Shown here: piece by piece, positions 38,822 through 49,870 of the stretch | How positions within the stretch are numbered: the first letter of the stretch is position 1 | How the letters are laid out: each line of letters begins with the position of its first letter | From: Callorhinchus milii | Taxonomy: Eukaryota | Assembly (NCBI RefSeq): GCF_018977255.1 | Contig: NW_024704742.1 | Span: 34,970,001 to 35,034,000, forward strand | Length of the DNA stretch: 64,000 bases | Reading direction: 5' to 3' | Program-made: the position numbers and the translations under genes | The notes under the pieces: generated by a model | Database searches by the model: none | Seen by the model: the letters and a program-made list of their open reading frames with translations, nothing else | What the model was told of the DNA's origin: nothing

Positions 38822-39480
38822 ATCCTGGCTCAGTTGGTAGCATGTTCTGAGTCAGAAACTTGTGACTTAAGTCCCATTTCCGGACATCGAATTCCAAAGC
38901 CTAGACACTCCCAATACAATGCTCTGGAAGACTTGTATTGTTGGAACTGCTGTCCTTCGGAGGAGATGTAAACTGAGATCCCATACTTATAATAATATTC
39001 CTTGCATTTGTTATAGCGCTTTTTATGTCTTCTAGACATCTCAAAGCTCTTCACAGAATATGCTGTAAATATGCTGTAAAGTTAATTGACTATATTTGTG
39101 GGAGAAACGCGGCAGCCAATTACGCACAGCAGTGTCCCACAAACAGTCGTGGATTGAAAATGACCAAATTATTATTGTTTTGTTTTGGAGGGATTATTAT
39201 TAGGCGTGTGGAGTAAGGAAACTTGCCCAAGGTTTCGCCCTACCTGGAATTGAACCCAGGTGTCTCGCTTGCAAGGCGAGTGCTCTAACCACTGAGCTAC
39301 AGAACTCCAGAAAATAACTTGAAAAGAGTAGCGTTTCTCCCATTGTTCTGGGCAAAAAAAATACAATTGATCATTTGCTTAATTGGCTGCTTGTAGGATA
39401 TTGTTGTGTGCAAATTGTCTGCTGCGTTTGCCTACGAGATACAAAAAGCTTTACAGTATCCTATGAAGTACATTGAGATA
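38822..39480 (+). mobile_element. Older Deu-domain SINE split by a younger antisense SINE
   Basis: Head GGCTCAGTTGGTAGCA..CTGAGTCAGAA at 38827; the body resumes at ~39318 after the insertion. Confidence 0.72.
38988..39308 (-). mobile_element. Younger SINE, short form, full length
   Basis: Intact A and B boxes, anticodon-like stem CTCGC-CTTGCAA-GCGAG, ATT tail. Confidence 0.92.
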
Positions 39481-40148
39481 CTTAAGACTACTTTTGAAAG
39501 AAGTTCATTTTAATTTAATGTAAAAAGATGGAACATAGTTCAAAAGAGCTCAAACGTTTCACATGTTTTTGGAAGAAAATCACTTTTTTGGGGAGATATA
39601 CGATCTTCGTCTAGATTTACTCTTTTTATCTAGCATTTTAAGGAGACCAGAATTCGGCAATTTGTTGCATTTGGCCTGGACTTTGGAGTTGATTTTCTGT
39701 AATTCTTAAAAGAAACTTATTATTCCCCCCTGGAAATAACTTCAGTTATGGAACACTTTGAATAAGGATATGTATTATGGTTATTTGCAATGCCATCAGT
39801 CAATATTACCACTTCTCAGAATTAATTTTTTGCTATTTTACAGTGTAACATTTATATATTTTCAGAGCCTCAGAATATAATTTGTTACTCAAAAGAAAAC
39901 CTGAAGCCTTACAGTGTACTAAAACTAGGCAATTGTGAAAAACTTCACAACAGGAAGAATCCCTGCAGCAATATCCCACCGTTAAACCGTTCATTTGAAA
40001 ATGGGTGATAATATGAAGCAAGTCTGACAGCTTGCAACATAGATTTTAAAACTGTATCATGAATAATTAATTTCCCCAGTTTTTTGCTGCACCCTCAGAT
40101 GACTCATCACATGATGTGACTTAACACTCAGTCATATCTTTACACTGG

Positions 40149-40326
40149 TACAGTAAACCTCACATAAGTCATATCAATTGGGACCATACATTTAATATGA
40201 CTTATGCAAAGTAAGATTTATGCCAAACTTGCATAGAATATGCACTCTTCAATGGGACTTGGGCAAATAAACTATTTAGGCGATTATGCTATTTATACCA
40301 ATCAGACTTATGCAAGTTTTACTATA
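40149..40326. mobile_element. Tc1/mariner (Tigger-like) MITE
   Basis: TA-CAGTAAACCTCACATAAGTC ... GACTTATGCAAGTTTTACTA-TA: imperfect TIRs flanked by TA. Confidence 0.68.
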
Positions 40327-40381
40327 TTTGTTTACAGAGTCTTTAACTTTAGTCTTGTCTTTTGTACCTTGTTTTTGACAG

Positions 40382-40466
40382 GAATGGTCAGTTCACCCTG
40401 AAGGCCAGTGATCTGCAGCTGTTCTCTCGTCCAGAAACAATTAATATTCAGGCCTTTTCACTTAAG
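40382..40466 (+). CDS. FRAS1: FRAS1 exon (R)NGQFTLKASDLQLFSRPETINIQAFSLK
   Basis: tttgacag acceptor, AAG|gtaaga donor, 85 nt, phase 2-0; resembles human LKISDQQFFSEPQLINIQAFS. Confidence 0.94.
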
Positions 40467-40719
40467 GTAAGAATGGAAACTACATGTTTCCTGCCCACAC
40501 TGAACAGTCTGTGGCACTAAACTTTTTTTCAAAAAATATGGAGAAGTTACCGGACAGAACAGTCGTTTAAAGAACAACAGTGCCAGAATTATATTCTGAA
40601 TTAAAAACTTGCTTCCGATTATGCCAATGTTTTACTCTGCTTACAGATTTCAACAGGATACATGTAAGGGAATGTAAATTGCAATAGGAATCTCTAATTG
40701 TGTCCATTTGCAAAAGTGG

Positions 40720-41045
40720 AAAAGAAAAAGGATCTGGATGTGATTATTGATCATTTCAGTGAAGGTTCCCAGTCAATGCAAAGCTGTTCTTAATTAGGCT
40801 AATCAAATGCATCTTGTGGGAACGAGTTGAAAGACTAACCTAATCTTGTAGAGATTGCCGGTGAAGCAATAATCAAAGTGTTGTGTGCAGTTTTGGTATC
40901 CAATCTTCAGAAGAACATTGATGTGCTAAAGAGAGCACAGAAAATAGTGGTAGGGATGATTTCGAAACTTGGGACCCTAAATTATGAAGAGAGGGTGAAA
41001 TGTATTGTCGTTAGAGAAAAGAAGATTGAGAGGTGAAATAATCCA
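40720..41045 (+). mobile_element. CR1-clade LINE fragment, decayed
   Basis: KDLDVII, CVQFW.P...KNIDVLKRAQK...MI..L....YEER and KRRLRG are CR1 ORF2 C-terminal motifs. Confidence 0.72.
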
Positions 41046-44000
41046 TTGTCCGAGCAAACTAGAGTATCATCAGCAGTGACCTGATCACTCAGGACCATTG
41101 ACTGCCAGTCATTTTATAGCACTGCGCATTGTAACATAGACTGATTTAATGGATGTAAACCACAGCAATATAATGGAATCGACTTGTACTTGCTTATCCA
41201 AAGATGGAATGATAACCCACTTCCTGGAGTGATCTAGTGAGAGATGCTGTTGCCATGGCATCTTGCTAATAACCCTAAGATATGATTCAGCTCATTAATA
41301 GCCAAGCTGTTTTCATGGAGTAAATATCTGCCAGTTTGCGGAATTCAGTGAACTCTTGTATTATTTACAATGGATGGCTGCATCAGTGTACTTTCAAATG
41401 AGAACGAAGGAAAAATATTTTGCTACAGGGTTTTTTAATCTACAGCTGCAAGAGTTTGAAAATGTCTTCAATTGCTTGTTTTCTTAATAGGAAAGAAAAT
41501 CAAGTTATCTTGGATAATTATCCACCTTTGCAATGGATGCCTACACAATACATACACAATTACAGATTCCTATTGCAATTTACATTCTCTCACATGTATC
41601 CTGATGAAATCTGTAAGCACAGTAAAACATTGGCATAATGGGAAGTGAGTTTTTAGTTCAGAGTGAAGTCTTTAGATGAAGATACTTTGCTTCCATTTCA
41701 CAGAACCTGATATCCTTCACCTGGACAAGTCCAAAAAAAATCCACCTAAAATGACTGCAAATTATATAACTAAAAAATCCCAGTTAATTTGCATTGCAGC
41801 ATTCACCACCAACAGCATTGCTAAGATAGCCAAGTTTGACCAGAACAGCAAGCTATGTTTTAGCCCACACAGTATCATCATTTGGGTTTAGTTTCTCTTT
41901 TATTCATGAGCTAAAGAGAAATTATTTGCGGATTAAAGCCAATAACAGTTACGCTGTACACAGAATACAAACTAGAAACTGCAGCACAGTCTTTTCCTTT
42001 TATCTATGGATATTATGTCTCCGTATGGTATTACATTTTTTAATTTTTTAAATTTAATGCAAGTCACTCTTTATTACATTCCATATGTAATTGTGAAAAT
42101 CCTTTGTGAACCTTTATCTTCGAAACATGTGTTTGAGGAGAGACTTAACTTTTGCCTGTACTTTGCTACAAAGAATGCACTTCTGATTGAAGATGGCGAA
42201 AAATCCATTGAAAATAAATTGATCATTCACCTCCTGGGTTATTGCTGTGCGCAAATTGTCTGCTGTGTTTGCCTACAAATACGTAATCACTATACTTAAT
42301 GGAAATTATTGTAAAGTGCTTTGAGACATTCCAACATCATAGCTCTATATCAGATGCAAGGATTATTATTATAAATGATCTTCAGGCAAGTGTTCCTAGA
42401 CTAGCTATCTTGAATTCTCTTTGAGCAAGATTGCTAAGTTAATTCTAATTTGTGAACAAATATTGCCGAGTGTGTGTTCATTCTTACGTGGAAAGCGATT
42501 CACCATGCTCAGGCACATTTTATGCAGATTCTTGCATGAGAATCCCCTCAATTTGTGCTGAATTAAAACCTAGGCCCCGAAGTGAATGGACCTTGAACTA
42601 AATCACTAAAAACTCTCAAGGCCCAAGGTTTTGACTCAGAACGCTGGAAAGTTTCTGCCTGTGATTCATACTCTACTTTACCTCCCATACATGTAGGAAA
42701 GAGCATGGTCTCTGTGCAGTGGCTACCGCCAATGACATGAGCAGTGTTGGGAACTAACCAAAATTGGGGATATAATGCACATTTAATCCTGTGTTCAACT
42801 ACTTCACAGCTCAGTACAATCCATGTAATCCCAACTGTGCAATCTTTACCCATGCCCAGCTTTATCAAAAAATTAAAGGGACTGTACTTTTCTCCACAGT
42901 AATATGTTTAACATCTAGAATTCACTGCAGTAGAGGAACAACATTAATAAGGGACTACATAAATCTTGAAAAGTAACTTAACTGCAAAGGAATACTATCC
43001 AGTATATTCAGTATATGGCATGCTCAGCTCACTGGATCCTTTTGGAGACATTCCATAGATTGACTGAACTCAAAAGAGTAAGTTAGTAGTCAAAACAAGG
43101 AGCATTGAAGACAAACGTACCTGATATCAGGTATTGCAGCTCTTTGAAATCCTTTGCCTTTATAGTGTGTTTCTGGTTCAGATGAATGATTGGCCCTGGA
43201 GCTTTGTTTTGTGGTCTGGCATAGACTGTAGTTATTCAGTCAAGTGAAAAGATAATTGAGCGACTGGTTGCTTTGAATCATAACGCCTACCAGAGATTGT
43301 TTGTTCAACATGGCATGGAGCACACTTTTGAATCAGTTCGCGCAACAAGCAAAGCTTTGATTTAACATTGCAAACATATAAGATGCTCTCAGATACCCGC
43401 CGGATCCTAACGCTTTCTTCTCCTGCAAATTGTATGGGTGGGATAGTGCAGACAGTGGATAAAGATTACATAAGAAGCCCTGCAGGCTAAATACCTGTCC
43501 ATTCTATTGAAACAGCACTTTTCTTGCATAGAAAGGTGCACCAGGGAAGATTTGGAGAGGGAAGTGGAAATAATGTTTGAACAAGTTATTCTGTATTCTT
43601 ATTCTGCAGTCCACTTCTTTGAAAACCATCATTATTAGGATTGCAAGCCTTTCGAAGCAGTATTTTCAAATAAACCCTCCCTGAATAATTTATGAATTAT
43701 TCAATTATCCTGTCAGCGGACACAGGATCAATGTTTTGTGCTCTGCATTAATCACACAGATTTACATATCAGGCTAATATGGTAATCTCTCTTGTTTATG
43801 AATTTTTATAGACCATAAACTGTACATTAAAGTTCACGATAAATATCATGAATAATTCACGAATATTAATTTACCCATCTTTGATTTCATTAGTAAGAAG
43901 GTACAAAAATGCTCACTGATCTGTTTCGACCCCACTATCCACATCAGCTTATTGCTAAGAATGATTTCTGTGTCAGACTTTATCGCAGGAAGATTCTGAA

Positions 44001-44479
44001 AAGAACTTGACCAAAAAAACTGGGAACTAGAGGCAACAAATGGTCAACAAAAATAAAGGGCTGATGAACACTGTAAAGACCACCACTGTAGTGCACTTCT
44101 CTATAGCATCTATCATTTGATAAAATACATAGACGAAGAATACCATCGCCATTAGTGATAGGTTCACATACACTCGATGCTATCACTTTCTAAATGTAAA
44201 TTTAAGCACTCCGGGGTGCAACTCTGCGTGAAGGGTGCTATATAAATGCAAGTTGTTGTTGTAAACTATTGGTTAGATCTCACGGTTTTCTCATATTGGT
44301 TAAAAAGAGTGAAATATTTCCTGTCCTCCGTAAAATATTCCCATTGTTCAACAGTTTCACGACACAAATTGCAACAAAAAAAGACCTTCCGGTGTGCTAT
44401 AAGTTTAGAAATATAATTCCGCATTGCTTTCAAATGAGAGAGACAGATAGATGATTATTAATGACTCTTTTTTTCACAG

Positions 44480-44806
44480 CCTCCATATGTACTGACAAAT
44501 GAAATGTTACTGGTCAGCAGAGGTGGAATGGGAGCCATTTCTAATCTCGTCCTGGACATTGAGGATGAGGACAACCCCTCTGATGTGGTCCTTGAAGTAT
44601 TGGACCCTCCAAGACATGGCCGTCTGATTGTGCTCCCAGCAAATGTGGATGTACAACACTTTCAATTGAAGGACCGGAAACACAGACAGCTTCATTACAT
44701 TCATGATGGGACAGACAACATGTACGATCGGACACTGCTGCAGATAAATGATGGGCATAATTTCCTGAACGTTCTCTTCCAGATCAAAGTTATTCCAGAT
44801 GAAAAG
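44480..44806 (+). CDS. FRAS1: FRAS1 exon, second CSPG repeat PPYVLTNEMLLVSRGG...DPPRHGRL...LHYIHDG...FQIKVIPDEK
   Basis: ttttcacag acceptor, AAG|gtacca donor, 327 nt, phase 0-0. Confidence 0.94.
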
Positions 44807-46183
44807 GTACCAAGCTTTTTTGAAAACTATCTTTTTCCATTCCATAAAAAGCCTTTGTTTTCAATGGGAGATTCTCTGTTTATCAAACCTTGAGTGACAA
44901 TTGTGCTGAAAACTGGAAAAACTGAAGTATTTGCAAGTGAAATTGTTGTTAAACACTGGTGACTGGGTCACCATTTTCAGCAGGTAAATGTTTTTGATAT
45001 AATTGTGCTTTTTTCACACATTGTGGTTTGAAATGCAGACTCAGACAGTGCTTGGCATTAGATATATGATGGGCTTTGTCACCCTTTGGCTGAATGTCAT
45101 TAAGATGATGAACAATGAAGTAATGAGTGGGCTGCAGTTTGTAGATCAACTTGGTTTGGGGGTGGGGGGGTGATTATTTGGCACTACAAAGCATTCTGAG
45201 TTTTCAGCAAAAGTGAAAGAAGTGCCAATGGTTTGTAGTTCACAAACTCCAAAGACCTCAGTAATTCCCAGCAGAGCAAGGTTAAAGATTTTACAGCAGA
45301 TATTTATGTAATTTGCGTAGTAGAAAGGGTGCAATTTGTGTTTCGTTTCAGCCACGGGCTTACCACATATGAAATATGCGATTTCTTCATTCATCTGGTG
45401 CACACACAGCACTGCCTGAGAGTGCAGTTAGCAGGTGCCCAGGTAATTGATGATAATTATTACTTCAGTTTTTTGCCTTGGGAAATGAGCTGATATTGAG
45501 TTTATAATCTGAAAAGATGTCTGTCTAGACTTTGTTCAAGTAAAATCTTCTACGAGTCAGCTGGTGCCTGTTTAATTGTAATTGGACAGTCTGCTGTACT
45601 GAGTGAGAGAGAGTCACCAATAGCTGTTGGTAATGGTGTTTTTCAGTTGATCTCAGCCGTATATTGTGGGGAAGAGGCAACTGAAAACTGAAGGGACAGT
45701 GACTAAACTGGAAAAATATCCAAGCTGCACTATCCTCCCCCAGGGCTTGCCTGTTCTTCCTCTCTGGGATGGTGTGTATGTGACAGAGGACCCGTGGCTG
45801 AAATTCCAGCTGGCGATACATGTCGTGCCTTTACCATGTTGGTTTCTAATGGGGATTTTCCCCTTACAATTACACATCACCCAAAGCACAAAGCATAATG
45901 CTGACCGGAATTTCAACTCTCCAGTTCAACTCTCCAAATATTCTTTTGAGAGAAATAACACAACAATATAAGATAGTCACTGGGCCCTCTTGCTGTTAGC
46001 CTCACACATGTGTGCAAACACGAAAAATCTTTCCTTGCATTATTGTGCACACCTGGGTTTTAAAATAAATTAAGCTCTCCCTATTAAACTGTTTTAAAAC
46101 TCCAACCCCTTTTTATAATGTTTTTCATCCCATCCACCTAGGTTTAAAACAATGGGCAAGAAATATGCTCCTAAGTCTGTGCT

Positions 46184-46927
46184 AATGACACTCTGTAATC
46201 GGTGTGCCCGACTGCTTATATATAAAGAGTTTGTCTCCAGAAATGGAGGCAACTTATAGCAAAAACTCACTGGTCATCCCAGAGCTAAATTTGAGGGTTG
46301 TTTTCGAGTTCGAGCTCCTGTGGCCTCCACACAGAGGAGATCCCAATGTGAAATGAATAGGGTCAGCATCGCCACGACCCGACAGAATCACTATGCATAT
46401 GTGATGACGTTACACGTTTGTGAGTGTGTGCAATATTATTGTGTCACCAATGCCCTCTTGAAGGGCAGAGGCTCGAATGCCACGGAACTGCTGTTTATCA
46501 TCGCACTTCAAGCCTACAGAACCACACTCTGAAAGTGGCATTAACTTGACCTCCAGTATTCCTGTTCTCTAAGTTGAAAAGAATTCCCTTGCTCAGTGTC
46601 TCAGTTAGAAAGTTGTCAAAACTGGGATCTTAGAGATGTGGAGTAAAAGTTACCCGAACCACTGTATTAGTTCTAGCACTGCTCATGGGTAACAAGCTTT
46701 GCATTTCTAATTATAATCATGAACCAGAAGATAGCTAGGGTTAGTAATGAGTTTTTAATAGACCGCTATACCTCTGTGCATTAGTTCACCAATATTCAGC
46801 ATCACTGGGTCACTTAATACTTGAAGTCTTTAAATAAATACTAAAATGACACTCTGTAATCAGTGTGCCAGGCTGCTTTTGTATAAAGAGTTTGTCTCCA
46901 GAGATGGAGACAACTTATAGCGAAAAA
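46184..46927 (+). repeat. ~82-bp imperfect direct repeat (46184-46265 and 46845-46927)
   Basis: AATGACACTCTGTAATC.GTGTGCC.G.CTGCTT.T.TATAAAGAGTTTGTCTCCAGA.ATGGAG.CAACTTATAGC occurs twice. Confidence 0.9.
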
Positions 46928-46961
46928 TGGTAGGTCGTTTGCATTTGATATAGCATCTAAT

Positions 46962-47277
46962 GGAGTCCTGTAGCTCAGTGGTTAGAGCACTCGCTTTGCA
47001 AGTGAGAGACCTGAGTTCAATTCCAGGCAGAGGGTGAAACCTTGGGCAAGTTTCCTTACTCCACACGCCTAATAATAATCCCTCCAAAACCAAAAACAAT
47101 AATAAATTGGTCATTTTCAATCTACAACTGTTTGTGGGACATTGCTGTGCGCAATTGGCTGCCGCGTTCGCCCACAAATATACAGTCAATTCACTTTAGA
47201 GTGTGCTCTGTGAAGCGCTTTGGGACGTCCTCCTGACGTGAAAAGCGCTGTATCAAATGCAAGGATTATTATTATTA
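46962..47277 (+). mobile_element. Younger SINE, short form, full length
   Basis: A box, B-box variant AGTTCAATTCC, (ATT)n tail; very similar to 58623-58937. Confidence 0.93.
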
Positions 47278-48689
47278 AATTCAGCATGATGTCTCAACTA
47301 CCAGTTACTAAGTGTGGTATTTAGCTGGCATGTTCTTTGTGAATACAGTAGTGTTTTATTCCAGTGCATATTTTAATCATTAGGTAGCTGACAGTTTACT
47401 CAGCAAAACACATCCCTTTTATCATTTATTGAGTCTCTCAGCAAACTCTTCACAACAGCAGTTTTACCTTGTGAATGTCATCGTGGCCATCAGAAAATAA
47501 ATGAAATTTTATTCAGAGTTGATGACTTGTTTTCTCTCTGGGAGTGGTTTTAGCTACCTGCCTGTCTTTAATACACATTTGTGGGTATTTTTATACAGTG
47601 GTATTTAAAAATGGAGCGTTTTGATAATAAAGTAGCACTCTGTAGCTGAACTGAATGATCTTCAATGTGGAAGTGCTGACAGAAATTTGCAGGAAACAGA
47701 ATCACATGTGTTCCATTAAACTACTGCTCCAGGCTACATTTTTAAATATAAGCCCGGCTTCATCAAGACTACAGAAGAACCTCACAAGTACTGCCACACA
47801 TTTGGGTGGAGGATCGTGTGGGAGTGTAAATAAGGCATGGTCCAGTTAGGCATGGCTCCATGCTTTAATTCTATGTGAACTTATGATCCTCTGTTTGATT
47901 GCTACGTAAGGCAGGGGAACATACCCAGGGTTTAAGCGCTCCGAGACTCGACCCGGTGTGAAGGGCACTATGTTGTTGTTGCAAGTTATTGTTTTGGTAG
48001 ACCTTGCCAAAAGGAATTTAGAGCAGAAGGTTGAGTTTGCACACAAACAGGGAACAACATTTACATAGGAACTGAGGCCAGAATACAATAATTGCTGTTC
48101 CAGAATTAAACCAATACATTCCTACCTAAGATAAAGAGAACTCTGATTGACCAGACACATCTGCTCAACAAAAACACTTGTTCATTATGTGGGGCGTCCT
48201 TTTTCCTCCTTTTTTCTCCGATTTGAAATGAATTCAACCAGGGTACCTCAGAGATTGCACCTGGAGCAGTATTATAATAGTAATATTTGCATTCAATATC
48301 GCCCCTATATTGAGACACCTCAAAGCACTTCACAGGGATCCTGTCAGGTTTAGTGCATTTTGACCTGATCATTTTACAGCTACAGATGTAGGGTGTGAGC
48401 TGTGGTGGAGCAGTATGCTATATTTCAGTCATGCCTTGGGTAGCTCCCATTTGTTCTTCTTCCTGATAATTTTCTACCCTTAAAAAAACAACAGACAATG
48501 CATTTTTTTCACAATGATAGGCTTTGGTTGGCACAATTTAGATTTTCAAGTAAGAAAATTCACATCTGCCCCCAACCTCATTATAAGTGAATTCAATCTA
48601 CCTTTAGCAAGAATTGTGGTAACTGGGTTTGTGTTGCATTGTTGATGAAATCAGTTGAATTCTGAACCCGAGAAGCTATGCTCAAACCG

Positions 48690-49170
48690 TACAGTGCTCT
48701 CTCTGGTCAGACTGGACTGGAGTATTCCATTCATTTCTGGTTGTTGTGACATAAGGGTTGTGCCCGGGTCCTGGAGAGGAGAGCGTGAAGGATTCCTAGT
48801 GTTGGAGGAATGAGCAGTGAGCAGTGATTAGATAAACTAAAGCTTTTCAGCCTTGAAAAGAGACATCTTAGAGGGTTTGTTATAGAGGTGTATAAAATTC
48901 TAATTGATTTTGAATGGGATTGAAAGCAAAAAAATAAGAGGCCAAAGGTTCAGGGTTGCAAATACCAATTTCAGGACAGAAACAAGGAAGATTTTTTTTC
49001 ACAGAGAGTGTAATTAACAACTGGAATGGATTACTAATGAGGGTGATTGAGGGTAGAACACTGGACTCGTTTAAGAAAATGCTTCTGAGAGGATGGTGGT
49101 ATTGATATTATGGAACGATTAAATTAAATTGGCCAAAAGAGACTTCTTCATCTGAACCTCTCTTGTGAAA
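48690..49170 (+). mobile_element. CR1-clade LINE 3' fragment
   Basis: LEYSIHFW, LFSLEKRHLRG..IEVYKI and RKIFF..RV...WNGL, followed by a CR1-like 3' UTR. Confidence 0.75.
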
Positions 49171-49710
49171 CATAAGAAAAAAAATCACTTGTGTTTTATT
49201 ACATAATAATTACATAATAATTTATGGATTAATATAAATTATTATTAATAATAAAATTTGTGTATTTTATGATTGAAACTATATTGCTGTGCTTTCAATG
49301 GATGAAAGCCCACACTACAGAATTATCAGCATTCAGGACTAAATAGCAATACATACTTGTGTAGCACCTTTCACAACGGGATGACGTCTCAAAGTATTTC
49401 GTACAAATGACTGGAAGTTTGAGCTGGGGGAAAAAACAGTAGGTGAGAAGGGGAGGGGAAAGATGGTTGAAAACGTAGTCGAAGAGGCATGATTAAGGCA
49501 GGTTTTAAAAGTGGAGACAAATTTGGAAATGTCACTTAGAAATACTTTGAAGATAGATGGACAGATGGAGGAGCAGGTTTCTAAACAAGGCCTGTACTTG
49601 GTCGGAGTGTAGATGATTTCATCACTGGTTATGCAGTGCTTCATTGGCCAGAGTTACGATCCCTTGCTTTGATGCGGTAAACACGGATATATTAATAAAA
49701 AAATTCCCCC

Positions 49711-49870
49711 GGGTCTAGATTTACTCTATGTAGCATTTTAGAACACCCAGAATTTGGCAAGTTGTTCAATTCAATCTTAACTTTGAAGTTGATTATCTGT
49801 AGTTTCTTAGAAGAAGTTGCCAAATTCTGGACGCTCTGAAATGTTATATAAATTGAGTAAATATAGACCG
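49711..49870. mobile_element. Palindromic MITE-like element (same family as 27497-27619)
   Basis: GGTCTAGATTTACTC..CCAGAATTTGGCAA pairs with TTGCCAAATTCTGG..GAGTAAATATAGACC. Confidence 0.75.

Noticed and set aside
39231..39308. tRNA-Ala(TGC)-like cloverleaf on the minus strand (also at ~10965-11040, 46962-47037 and 58623-58697)
   Set aside because: The T-stem is mispaired in the canonical register and each copy runs directly into a SINE body and tail; these are SINE heads, not tRNA genes.
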